From: Acidobacteriota bacterium
GTDB lineage: Bacteria > Acidobacteriota > Thermoanaerobaculia > Multivoradales > Multivoraceae
Direction of reading: 5' to 3'
Length of the DNA: 64,000 nucleotides
Assembly: GCA_029263415.1 (NCBI GenBank)
Contig: JAJCXN010000048.1
Span: 75,169 to 139,168 of the forward strand
Shown here: positions 27,865-36,570 of the stretch, one piece after another
Position numbering within the stretch: the stretch's first letter is position 1
Layout: each line of letters opens with the position of its first letter
The notes under the pieces: generated by a model
Seen by the model: only the letters and a program-made list of their open reading frames with translations
What the model was told of the DNA's origin: nothing
The model's database searches: none
Program-made: the position numbers and the translations under genes

Positions 27865-29961
27865 TCACTCCAGGCCGTGATGCAAAATGACTCGCCGCGC
27901 CTCCTGCTCTCGACCTAGGGCTGCTAGCACTGCCACAAGTGGCCTGGCTCCTTCGTCGGCGTTCGGATCGAGACTGAGGGATTTTTCAAGAGCTTTTGCC
28001 GCGGCAGGATAGTCGCGCGTAGAGATGTGGCAGCGGCCAACTTGAAACCAAGCCCGGGCCAGGAACTCGTTGCTCGAAACAGCACGCTCGAAGTCCTTGC
28101 ATGCTTCGGCCGGTTGCCCCATCCAGCTCCTTAGTCTGCCTCGGTGGTTGTACAACCAAGCGAAGTCCCGAACAGCCACTTGAGACTCTTGCATCTCGAT
28201 AGCCTGGTTGATGACTGCGAGAGCATCGCCGGGGCGATTCTGCCTGGCGGCAACCATCGAGAGCCAGATCCTGGTTTGTTGTGCAGCGTTGAACTCTAGG
28301 GAGCCTAGGTCGGCGAGTAGGGTTTCTAGCAGCTCTTTGGTTTTCTCCAGATCGCCCCGCAGCAAATGAGCTTGGGCAAGCCGTAGTCTTGGTTCGCTGA
28401 GATCTGCGTTGGAGAACAGCTCGCTCGCGTCACTCAGCATTCGAGGCAGCTCTTTAGCGGGGTCCAAAAAGCCCATGCGGATGCTTCCAGAGGCTAGGGC
28501 TAGGCTGTCCGAGATAGCTTGTTGCGGACCAGCGGATGCAGTCAGCGGAGTTACGCTGACTGGAAACGTCGTGCGATCAGCTTGAGGTGCCAAACGCTCT
28601 TCTTCAGGCAGCGGCCGCGATTGAATCCGATGGTCCGTCATGACCACGTGCACCACATCCTGTGTGCGCCTCTTCGGCATGTGACAACTCACGCAGTCTT
28701 CGCGCTCGAAATGTTGAGCTCGATCCTCGCCTGCCAGGTTCAAGGGAGCTTGCGTCTTGCCGTCTTCGGTGTGGCACGCCAAGCACTGAGAACGAGTACG
28801 ACGGAGCGTCTCTATGCGCGCTGGTTTGTTGTGCGGGTCATGACAAGACGTACACTCCAGATCGCCTGGTTTGCTTTCAACAAAACAGGAGCTTTGCTCC
28901 AGCCGATACCCGTGATGGTTGATCTCGAACCGCTGTTGCTTGCCGTGCGCTTTGCCGTCACGGTCGCGTTCTTGCACCTCGAGTTTTAGCAAGAAGTCCT
29001 GGAGGTTCTGACCAGCTGTGAACTGATAGTCGCCCCGGTCCAGCCTTCGTTGCCCGAACACAGAGACGGATGGTTGGTGATGGCATTGGGCACAAACGTC
29101 TCGCCGCCGTTCCGCAGAGAGGTCCTTCGGATCAACGATGGTGCTGCGGACAGCGTCCCGCAGGCTGCGACGTTGCTCGGAAGTTAGCTTCGGGCCGGTG
29201 GACGAACCCTGCAGTGCCTTGGCTTCGAGCGCCTTGGCAACGTGACTTTGACCAGGACCGTGACAGCGCTGGCAGCCGATACCTTCTGGCATCTTCGCCG
29301 GGAATACTGGTGGCGCAAAGCGTTCATCCTGAAACGATGGATCCGTCGGAACGGCGTTGTGACAGAACATGCAGCCACGCTGAACGACACGCAAACCGGC
29401 CTCGTCGTTGCCACGCTCGCCTCCAGGTTTGGTGCCCCACGACGCCTCCTGGGTGTACCAGGCGAGAGGCAGCTCGAACAGCAATCCCTCGGCGCTTTGC
29501 AAGAAATACACCCGAGAAGCAGAGCCAGATCCCAGCACCCAATCTACGGGGCGCTGCCAGAGATGAATCGGTTCTCCGTCTGGGGCTGTCTGCCACTGAG
29601 AGAAAACGATCTTCTCGCCCTCGAGAGACAGGCGGTAGGTTAGGCGCCCATCTTTGATACCAGAAGAAGAAAAGTCTTCGATCCGCGAGGCGTTCTCTGG
29701 CCGGGCGAATGATCGAGCCATGCCGAGCGTTTGAAAGGACTCAGCGATCGAGGAATGGCATTCGGCACAAACCTCGTCAGCCACGAAACCGTGCCAGTTA
29801 TCTTCGCTCGCCGAGGCCTCGGCAGTGTAGGGGTTCGCGAAAGCCACGCTCCTCACTGGGAGCCGGTCGATGCCGCCGAAATCGCTTAGCTGAAACAGCA
29901 ACAAACACAAGATGGCCAGGCAGCAAGCGACTAGCAGCGGAAGTTTCGATGTCTTGGACAT
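27865..29961 (-). CDS. Multiheme c-type cytochrome (7 CxxCH) with C-terminal TPRs
   Basis: CAECH, CMFCH, CQRCH, CAQCH, CTSCH, CLACH, CVSCH; MTDHRI; TPR repeats; N-terminal anchor. Confidence 0.9.
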   Translation of the reverse strand: MSKTSKLPLLVACCLAILCLLLFQLSDFGGIDRLPVRSVAFANPYTAEASASEDNWHGFVADEVCAECHSSIAESFQTLGMARSFARPENASRIEDFSSSGIKDGRLTYRLSLEGEKIVFSQWQTAPDGEPIHLWQRPVDWVLGSGSASRVYFLQSAEGLLFELPLAWYTQEASWGTKPGGERGNDEAGLRVVQRGCMFCHNAVPTDPSFQDERFAPPVFPAKMPEGIGCQRCHGPGQSHVAKALEAKALQGSSTGPKLTSEQRRSLRDAVRSTIVDPKDLSAERRRDVCAQCHHQPSVSVFGQRRLDRGDYQFTAGQNLQDFLLKLEVQERDRDGKAHGKQQRFEINHHGYRLEQSSCFVESKPGDLECTSCHDPHNKPARIETLRRTRSQCLACHTEDGKTQAPLNLAGEDRAQHFEREDCVSCHMPKRRTQDVVHVVMTDHRIQSRPLPEEERLAPQADRTTFPVSVTPLTASAGPQQAISDSLALASGSIRMGFLDPAKELPRMLSDASELFSNADLSEPRLRLAQAHLLRGDLEKTKELLETLLADLGSLEFNAAQQTRIWLSMVAARQNRPGDALAVINQAIEMQESQVAVRDFAWLYNHRGRLRSWMGQPAEACKDFERAVSSNEFLARAWFQVGRCHISTRDYPAAAKALEKSLSLDPNADEGARPLVAVLAALGREQEARRVILHHGLE

Positions 29962-30317
29962 AGTGCGGCAACTCTAAAGGACCCACTCAACAACGTGGAG
30001 AGATTTGGAACTGCAGTCCGCCTTGCTGAGGTCATCGGAACGTTGGCTGGATCTACTCAGTCCACATGGGATCGAGCTCGGAAACTGGTTGGCGCGAAGC
30101 GAGGGGATCGCTTCTAAAAGAGAGAGGTCGCAAACAGAAGAACAAACTGGGCGGGCGGAGTCGCCTACCAGTCCAATCAGTGGTCGGACCGACTCATTCC
30201 TCGACAACTTGATACCAATCACCGCCGTTTGGAAATCGGGGCCCGGCTCCGGCACAACGCTCCCACCCTGATTCACCTTCTGACCCGGCTCCACTGTTCT
30301 AGTGATCCACTGCTCCA

Positions 30318-32018
30318 GTGAGTCTCGCGTATCATCGGCGGACCTTGCGCGCCCTTGTGTCCATCTTCATCTCGCTGCTCGCCCTCACTATGGGGGCGTG
30401 CGCTACGCGGATGCCCCTCGACCCTCGCACCGCCAATACCGGCGGACTCCTGACCGCCAGCGAACGGGCGACCGACGTCATCAGCTACGACTTGACCTTG
30501 GAGTTGTTCCCGAAGAAGCGGTCCATCCGCGGCAGCGGAACCGCTCAGCTGCGGGCCATCGAACCAACGACCATCGTCGAGCTGCAACTCGACTCGCGAT
30601 TCACGATATCCGAGGTCAGGGTCGACGGCTTGGCGATGAAATTCCAACGGGACGGTGGCTCGATCATGGTCGAGTTGCGACAGCCTCTGGACGCTGGTGA
30701 AGAGTCCAGCGTTACGGTCGACTACTCCGGCAAACCATGGGTCGCTAAGCGGGCGCCCTGGGACGGCGGCTTCGTCTGGAGCAAGACTCCGGACGGACAA
30801 CCCTGGATTGCCACCGCCGTGCAGTCCGAGGGTTGCGACCTGTGGTGGCCCTGCAAGGACCATTTTGCCGACAAGCCAGAGCGCATGACGATGCATGTCA
30901 CCGTGCCGGCGGGGCTGAGCGCCGCGCTCAACGGCGTGCTCGAGTCGACGGACAAGTTGGCCGATGGCCGCCGGACCTTTCACTGGGTCGTCACCCGGCC
31001 GATCAGCGACTACAACGTCTCCTTGAATGTCGGACCGTTCGAGCGCATTGAGACGAGCTTTGAGTCGGTCAACGGCACCAAGGTACCTATTGAGTTCTGG
31101 ACCCTCAAGAGCAGCCTGGAGAAGGCTCGTAAGCTGATCGACGAGGACCTGCGTCAGCAGATCGAGTGGTTCGAGCGCACCCTTGGTCCTTATCCCTGGG
31201 GAGACGAGAAGCTGGGCTTGGTCGAGACCCCTCACCTGGGAATGGAGCACCAAACCTTGAACGCCTATGGCAACAAGTTCAAGCGCGACAACCACGGCTT
31301 CGACTGGCTGCTGCAACACGAGCTATCCCACGAGTGGTTCGGCAACCTGATGACCCACAAGAGGTCCAACGACGCCTGGCTCCACGAAGGATTCGGCAAC
31401 TACATGCAGCCGGCCTATTCGCTACACCGCTTCGGGAAGGCAGCGTACCTTCACCGGATGTACCAGGGCTATCTGCGGCTCGAAAACTGTGACCCGGTGG
31501 TGCCCGAAGGCGATCCCACAAGCGACGAGGCGTTCACCGGGGACATCTACACCAAGGGGATGTGGGTCCTGCATACTCTGCGCCGACAGATCGGCGACGA
31601 CGCGTTCTGGCGCGCCACTCGGCGCTTACTCTACGACACGGCTACGCCCTGGGAGCTGTCCTATCCGATCGAGCCGGTGTACCGGTCGACTGAGGACTTC
31701 GTGCGATTCGTCAACGAGGAAGCCGGACGCGATCTGACATGGATGTTCGATGTTTACCTCCGCGAGGCCGACCTCCCTGCTCTCGAAATCTCCCGCGCCG
31801 ACGACAACCTGAAATTGGTCTGGAACGTGCCCGGCGGCCACGAGTTTCCAATGCCGGTTCTGGTGGAGGTCGACGGCACACTGCACCAGGTCTCGATGGA
31901 GGACGGCAGCGGTTGGTTGCCGGTGGCCCAGGATGCCCACGTCGTCATCGACCCGGACATGGCAGTCCTGCGCCGGCTGCCGATTATCGGCAGCTGCGAA
32001 GAGATCAAAGCCCAGTAG
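30318..32018 (+). CDS. M1-family aminopeptidase (lipoprotein)
   Basis: GMEH, HELSHEWFG-X-WLHEG, IYTKG; MGAC lipobox. Confidence 0.93.
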   Translation: MSLAYHRRTLRALVSIFISLLALTMGACATRMPLDPRTANTGGLLTASERATDVISYDLTLELFPKKRSIRGSGTAQLRAIEPTTIVELQLDSRFTISEVRVDGLAMKFQRDGGSIMVELRQPLDAGEESSVTVDYSGKPWVAKRAPWDGGFVWSKTPDGQPWIATAVQSEGCDLWWPCKDHFADKPERMTMHVTVPAGLSAALNGVLESTDKLADGRRTFHWVVTRPISDYNVSLNVGPFERIETSFESVNGTKVPIEFWTLKSSLEKARKLIDEDLRQQIEWFERTLGPYPWGDEKLGLVETPHLGMEHQTLNAYGNKFKRDNHGFDWLLQHELSHEWFGNLMTHKRSNDAWLHEGFGNYMQPAYSLHRFGKAAYLHRMYQGYLRLENCDPVVPEGDPTSDEAFTGDIYTKGMWVLHTLRRQIGDDAFWRATRRLLYDTATPWELSYPIEPVYRSTEDFVRFVNEEAGRDLTWMFDVYLREADLPALEISRADDNLKLVWNVPGGHEFPMPVLVEVDGTLHQVSMEDGSGWLPVAQDAHVVIDPDMAVLRRLPIIGSCEEIKAQ

Positions 32019-32255
32019 GGAGCCAGTTCCTGAGGCCTCGGGCATAGGCAGCAGGCGGACTGAGCTCACCACTGCTTAGTCGGCTCAAAGAGCTTCGGCA
32101 ACGCCTGGCCAGCTGGCCAAGCAGCTCACTTGACCACGGGTATCACCTGACGCTCGTTAGCCCAGTAGCTGCACGTCCGTACACCCGGTTCAAAGAACCA
32201 TGACGATGCTCACGAGCCGGGTGGACCGCTCGCATGAGGCGCCTAGGGAGTTCGG

Positions 32256-33770
32256 CTAGAGCGATGGAAGATCGATTCGGCGGGTATCAGCATCGCCGGT
32301 ACGAAAGTAGCGGGCCATGGCTTCAGCGATTTCCTTGCTCGAAATGAGTAGATCGTCACCGTGCCCCGCGCCATGAATCAAAAGATGGTCACCGTTCGAG
32401 AATCCGGCCAGAACTTCCTCTGCATTCGAAGGTGGTGTACGGGTGTCTAGGGTGCCGCTCACCGCTAGAACGGGAACCTTCGAAACGAGATCGCTTCGAT
32501 AGGTCTCTCCAAGGTCCTGGACCGGCCAGAATGGGCAGAACGTAATCAAGTCAAGATTGAGCGCCTCTCTGATCAGCGACGTGGGTTCCTCCTCGGCGAG
32601 ACGCTCGAGTCGTTCCGGGGACGCCCCGGACGCGCAATCCATTGAGAGAGCCATGATCCCGGGCCTCCCGCCTACCCTCATGGTTACCGCGAACTTGGCG
32701 AGCAGCTCGTCGTCACCTTCAGCGATGCGCCGAATACGTTTTGCTGCTCTGAGGTAGTTCTCTCTTTCGTCGAAACCATAAAGAGCGGCCAAGCGCAGTT
32801 CCAGCGAGGTGAGGGCAACCTCCGCTTCTTCGCCCGTGGTTGGATGTTCAATCAACACTCGAGGAGCTTCTCTATCGAGACGTTCGATCCCTCTTTGCAG
32901 GTCGCTAACAAGCCCTTTCCATCCGGCCTCGGTCTCGAGCGTCTCGTCAATCGTGCGCAGGACATCATCAAAAACGGACGGCAACTTGTATGTGTGGTCG
33001 GGCCCTTCAACGCCTGCGAGAACAGCACGCTCCACGCGCTCTGGATAGTTGCGAATGTACGCAAGTGCTAGGTGGGTGCCGTAGCTGATACCAACCAGAT
33101 TGAGCTTTTCCACTCCAAGCGCCACACGCAGAGATTCGAGGTCCTCAGCGCTCTCCTCGGTTGTAAAGGCGTCCGGATGCAGCCGTCCTTGCCACTCGGC
33201 CCAACAATCACGAAGCACATGCTCGTTGATCGACATCATCGAACCCGCGTCAGCCGTCTGGTTGAGTGGGTAGCTATAGGAGCTGTCGCAGTATGGAAAG
33301 GGGTCCGTATGCCTAGTACCCCGCTGGTCAAACGCAATCACGTCGCCCGCCTCTCGCAACTTCATAAAGAAGGGGAAGCGATCGCCGGATGCGGTGTCGA
33401 CCCCTGAACCTCCTGGGCCACCCGCGAGGTAGACAATCGGCGCGGCCTCCGCTTCAGGATTGTAGGCAGGAAAGCGCACGTATCGAACCTCCACGTTGGG
33501 CTCGTTGGGGACGCCTCGTCGGGCTGGGACGGCGAGGTGGCCTAGTTCCGCTTGCACCTTGCGTGGGTAGAACCAGAAGTCCTTCTGCACGAACTGGATC
33601 GGTTCTCGAGTTAGCGGTCCCTCGACAACCGCTTCTCCGGTCACGGTGATCATCGGCATCCGGTCGCCGAGCCACACCAATCCGCGTAACACCATTAGCG
33701 AACAGAACAAGAACGCTGCTACTCGGACACCCCACCTCAGGAGGCGTCTTCGCCAACTCACGCCGCTCAT
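32256..33770 (-). CDS. Alpha/beta hydrolase, tripeptidyl-aminopeptidase (TAP)-like
   Basis: GGPGGSG, DQRG, GISYG, D.RTP, GH. Likely ATG at 33770 with N-terminal TM. Confidence 0.88.
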   Translation of the reverse strand: MSGVSWRRRLLRWGVRVAAFLFCSLMVLRGLVWLGDRMPMITVTGEAVVEGPLTREPIQFVQKDFWFYPRKVQAELGHLAVPARRGVPNEPNVEVRYVRFPAYNPEAEAAPIVYLAGGPGGSGVDTASGDRFPFFMKLREAGDVIAFDQRGTRHTDPFPYCDSSYSYPLNQTADAGSMMSINEHVLRDCWAEWQGRLHPDAFTTEESAEDLESLRVALGVEKLNLVGISYGTHLALAYIRNYPERVERAVLAGVEGPDHTYKLPSVFDDVLRTIDETLETEAGWKGLVSDLQRGIERLDREAPRVLIEHPTTGEEAEVALTSLELRLAALYGFDERENYLRAAKRIRRIAEGDDELLAKFAVTMRVGGRPGIMALSMDCASGASPERLERLAEEEPTSLIREALNLDLITFCPFWPVQDLGETYRSDLVSKVPVLAVSGTLDTRTPPSNAEEVLAGFSNGDHLLIHGAGHGDDLLISSKEIAEAMARYFRTGDADTRRIDLPSL

Positions 33771-33959
33771 CGCGCACTCTTCGTAAAGTGTGCTTGCCAA
33801 TGTGACAGCAGTGCACCGGCAGTACACCTGTGGGCCGAAGCGTTGCCAGAGGAAGCGCGCGAGGGGACGCGGCGCGGGAATCGGGAAGTACGAGTTCGTT
33901 TGTGTCTCATGGTCGCAGTGTGGCCGAACGATGACCGCTGGTCTTGAACGATTCGAACC

Positions 33960-34739
33960 TTAGCGCTCGTCGTGCATCCGGCTGAGACGCTGAGCCTGCT
34001 GCCTGAAGGCTCCAGGCGACCAACCTGTTTCGAGTTTGAACTCTCGACTCAGATGACTCTGGTCGGCGTAGCCCAGATGGTCGGCCACATGTGCAAGCGG
34101 AGTTGTTCCTGCAAGCTGTTCCAGCGCCGCCCGCACTCTCGTCGCGCGCCGCACATCTCCAATAGAACAGCCAAAGTGGGTGCGGAAGACCCTTGCGAGA
34201 TAGACCGGATGTACGAGGAACTGGCGAGCAAGCGGGGTCAAGGATGGCGGATGAGGTGTGGCGTTGACAGTCTCCCAGACCTCGGTCATCCAGCTTGGTG
34301 TCTCGGCTTGCGGTTGGCGCCTCCTGTGAGCTTCGCTCACGCAACGCAGGACGCTCTCGATTGCTCCATGGGGAAAGCCATCCCGCCACTTAGAAAGTTT
34401 GAGAAGAAGTTCCAGGAGGCGCGCAGATCCCGCCCCAGAGTTGAACGCCTGTGGCTCGCGAAACCCAGCCTGACCCGTCTGTTGAAGCTTCTCTCTGTCG
34501 AACGCGACAAGCAGCATTCTCACACCCTCTGGTCCCGTTCCAGTCTCGTGCGGCTCACCTTTGGGCTTGTAGTGAATCGACCAGCGGGTGCAGCGCTGCT
34601 CGCCTACCTTGAACGATTCTCGCAACTCGCCTCGGACTACCAAGGTCACAATGTCGTAGTCGTGCACCGAAAGAGAATGGCCGCCGCCGCGATCAACGAT
34701 CCGGTCCCCAAAGTACCAACCCTGTGCAAGATTGCTCAC
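33960..34739 (-). CDS. AraC-family transcriptional regulator
   Basis: N-terminal cupin-like domain, HPVYLARVFR and GYADQSHLSREFK. Confidence 0.9.
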   Translation of the reverse strand: MSNLAQGWYFGDRIVDRGGGHSLSVHDYDIVTLVVRGELRESFKVGEQRCTRWSIHYKPKGEPHETGTGPEGVRMLLVAFDREKLQQTGQAGFREPQAFNSGAGSARLLELLLKLSKWRDGFPHGAIESVLRCVSEAHRRRQPQAETPSWMTEVWETVNATPHPPSLTPLARQFLVHPVYLARVFRTHFGCSIGDVRRATRVRAALEQLAGTTPLAHVADHLGYADQSHLSREFKLETGWSPGAFRQQAQRLSRMHDER

Positions 34740-35275
34740 GCTGGAGTCCTACGCAGAAGACGCTCAATCGGTTGCGGGTGTTTGCCGATCGGTCATGAGA
34801 TTCAGGAAGGATCCATGCTGTGAGCAGGTGCCTGGTCTGGAGAGTGGCGAGGTGGCCGGTGGAGTGGAGAAGGTCAGTGGAGAGGGGTTGGAGATTGGTG
34901 ACTGTTTGGTCAGGGGGCAGACTCTTCTACAACTTCCTTCTACAACTTCTACAACCCCTGCCGAAGATCAGGCAAGTGCGCTTACTCTGAGCGGCGCCAA
35001 TGGCGATACACCGACGACGCGCTCGCCGAGCGTCACAACCGGAATCAGTTTGTGTACCCGCAGCCTAGCGGCCGACGTATGCCATCTGGGAAGTAGCGAG
35101 TTTGATCGCCATTCTTGAGGGAACCCAGACCAAAGGAACGCCGTGGCACCGCAACCCAAGAAATGACGCAGGTACTCAGTAGGAGCGTTCAACACAAGCC
35201 GCAAACCTTCAATGCGCCTCAGGCAGCCCATGGTTGTCGCGACGCTCGTCCTAACCTCACTCCCCTACAACTTCC

Positions 35276-35959
35276 ATGGATGGTTCTCTCTTGAAACCTG
35301 CAATCGTCCTCACTTGTATCGTCGCTATCAGTGCAGTCTCTATTCGCCCCGTGGGGGCTCAGACCGTCACCACCGGCCCTCAACAGATCGTCGACGGGAC
35401 CGGGCTCGTGGTGGGCCCGGTGCTCGACTATCGGACCACAGAAAACATCGTAATCGACTTTGCAAGGACGTCCTTCCTGATCGATGGTCAGCCAGTCACG
35501 CTGGAACTGCAAGCAGGGGTCGACGAACGTTTGTTGCAGCAAGGTGCGCCCTTCATCGTCGCCTTTCAGCTGCCAGGATGTGCTGGACAGGCGTTCTTCA
35601 CGCACGCCGATACCGGCTCATCCCTTCCTATTGACGCCTTCGCCCGCGTCGCAATGGTCAACGAGCAGCAACCTTCGCCCACTCTGCGTGGCTATCGCCC
35701 GGAGCCTGGGGCAGTCACCCAAGTAGGGTTGACCTACATGTCATTCCTTCTGTACGAAAACGGGCAGTGTGGGGCGATCTCCCTGGTGCAAGACGGAACT
35801 CCTGCGATCGCGTTCGATACCCCATTCGCGCCTCCCTACAGCATCGAAGCAGGAGCAACCGGCACCAACGTGGTAGCGGTACCCGCCGTGTCGCCACTGG
35901 GCCTTTGCTTGCTGGCGGTCTGTCTCCTGATCGCCGCTATCAAGATCCAGAGAGGTTGA
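35276..35959 (+). CDS. Secreted protein with IPTL-CTERM-like sorting signal
   Basis: Signal peptide and C-terminal VPAVSPLGLCLLAVCLLIAAIKIQRG (motif, TM helix, basic residues). Confidence 0.75.
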   Translation: MDGSLLKPAIVLTCIVAISAVSIRPVGAQTVTTGPQQIVDGTGLVVGPVLDYRTTENIVIDFARTSFLIDGQPVTLELQAGVDERLLQQGAPFIVAFQLPGCAGQAFFTHADTGSSLPIDAFARVAMVNEQQPSPTLRGYRPEPGAVTQVGLTYMSFLLYENGQCGAISLVQDGTPAIAFDTPFAPPYSIEAGATGTNVVAVPAVSPLGLCLLAVCLLIAAIKIQRG

Positions 35960-35980
35960 CGTAGCTTCGGTTCCGTCGAG

Positions 35981-36412
35981 CTACGACTCCCCGCTCACGT
36001 GAACCACCACCTTGCGCGAGCGCCCGCGCGTTCTGTGCTCCCAAACATAGATGCCCTGCCACGTCCCCAAGAGAAGCCGGCCCTCCGCGATTGGGATCGA
36101 CAGCGTGTTCGCTGTCAGCGCGGCCTTCACGTGAGCAGGCATGTCATCCGGACCTTCGCAAGTGTGCCGGTAGAGCCGATCACCTTCAGGCACGAGGCGC
36201 GAGAAGAACGCCTGTAAATCAGTTTGCACATCGGGATCAGCGTTCTCTTGGATCACCAGAGATGCAGAGGTATGGCGCAGAAAGACAACGGCCATACCGA
36301 CATGGACGCGCGACTGCCCCACCACCCTTTCGACTTCTCGGGAGATCTCCAGCAGCCCAGGCCCAACGGTCTCGACCTGCAGTTGCTCTTGGTGGTGGGC
36401 GATGTTGGTCAT
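35981..36412 (-). CDS. yjbQ: Secondary thiamine-phosphate synthase YjbQ (UPF0047)
   Basis: HTSASL, ENADPDV, EGPDDMPAH, LGTWQGIY. Likely ATG at 36412. Confidence 0.92.
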   Translation of the reverse strand: MTNIAHHQEQLQVETVGPGLLEISREVERVVGQSRVHVGMAVVFLRHTSASLVIQENADPDVQTDLQAFFSRLVPEGDRLYRHTCEGPDDMPAHVKAALTANTLSIPIAEGRLLLGTWQGIYVWEHRTRGRSRKVVVHVSGES

Positions 36413-36570
36413 TATGGCGATCGTATCGTTCGGCTTGCGGAGACCTAGCCGTGTGGCGCCTCTCCTCTCGGCCGCCGCCCAAGGACTCTGCGTGGGAACC
36501 AGCACACCCTCGCAACGGTCTTGGTCGACTGGAAGAAGCGCCTCGCAGCAGCACCTCATGTCTTGGTGAA

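Noticed and set aside
30273..31319. Long antisense ORFs (also 33972-34823, 38341-39111, 43350-44531, 63316-63858)
   Set aside because: They lie in alternative frames over well-supported genes, as is common in GC-rich DNA, and carry no motifs.
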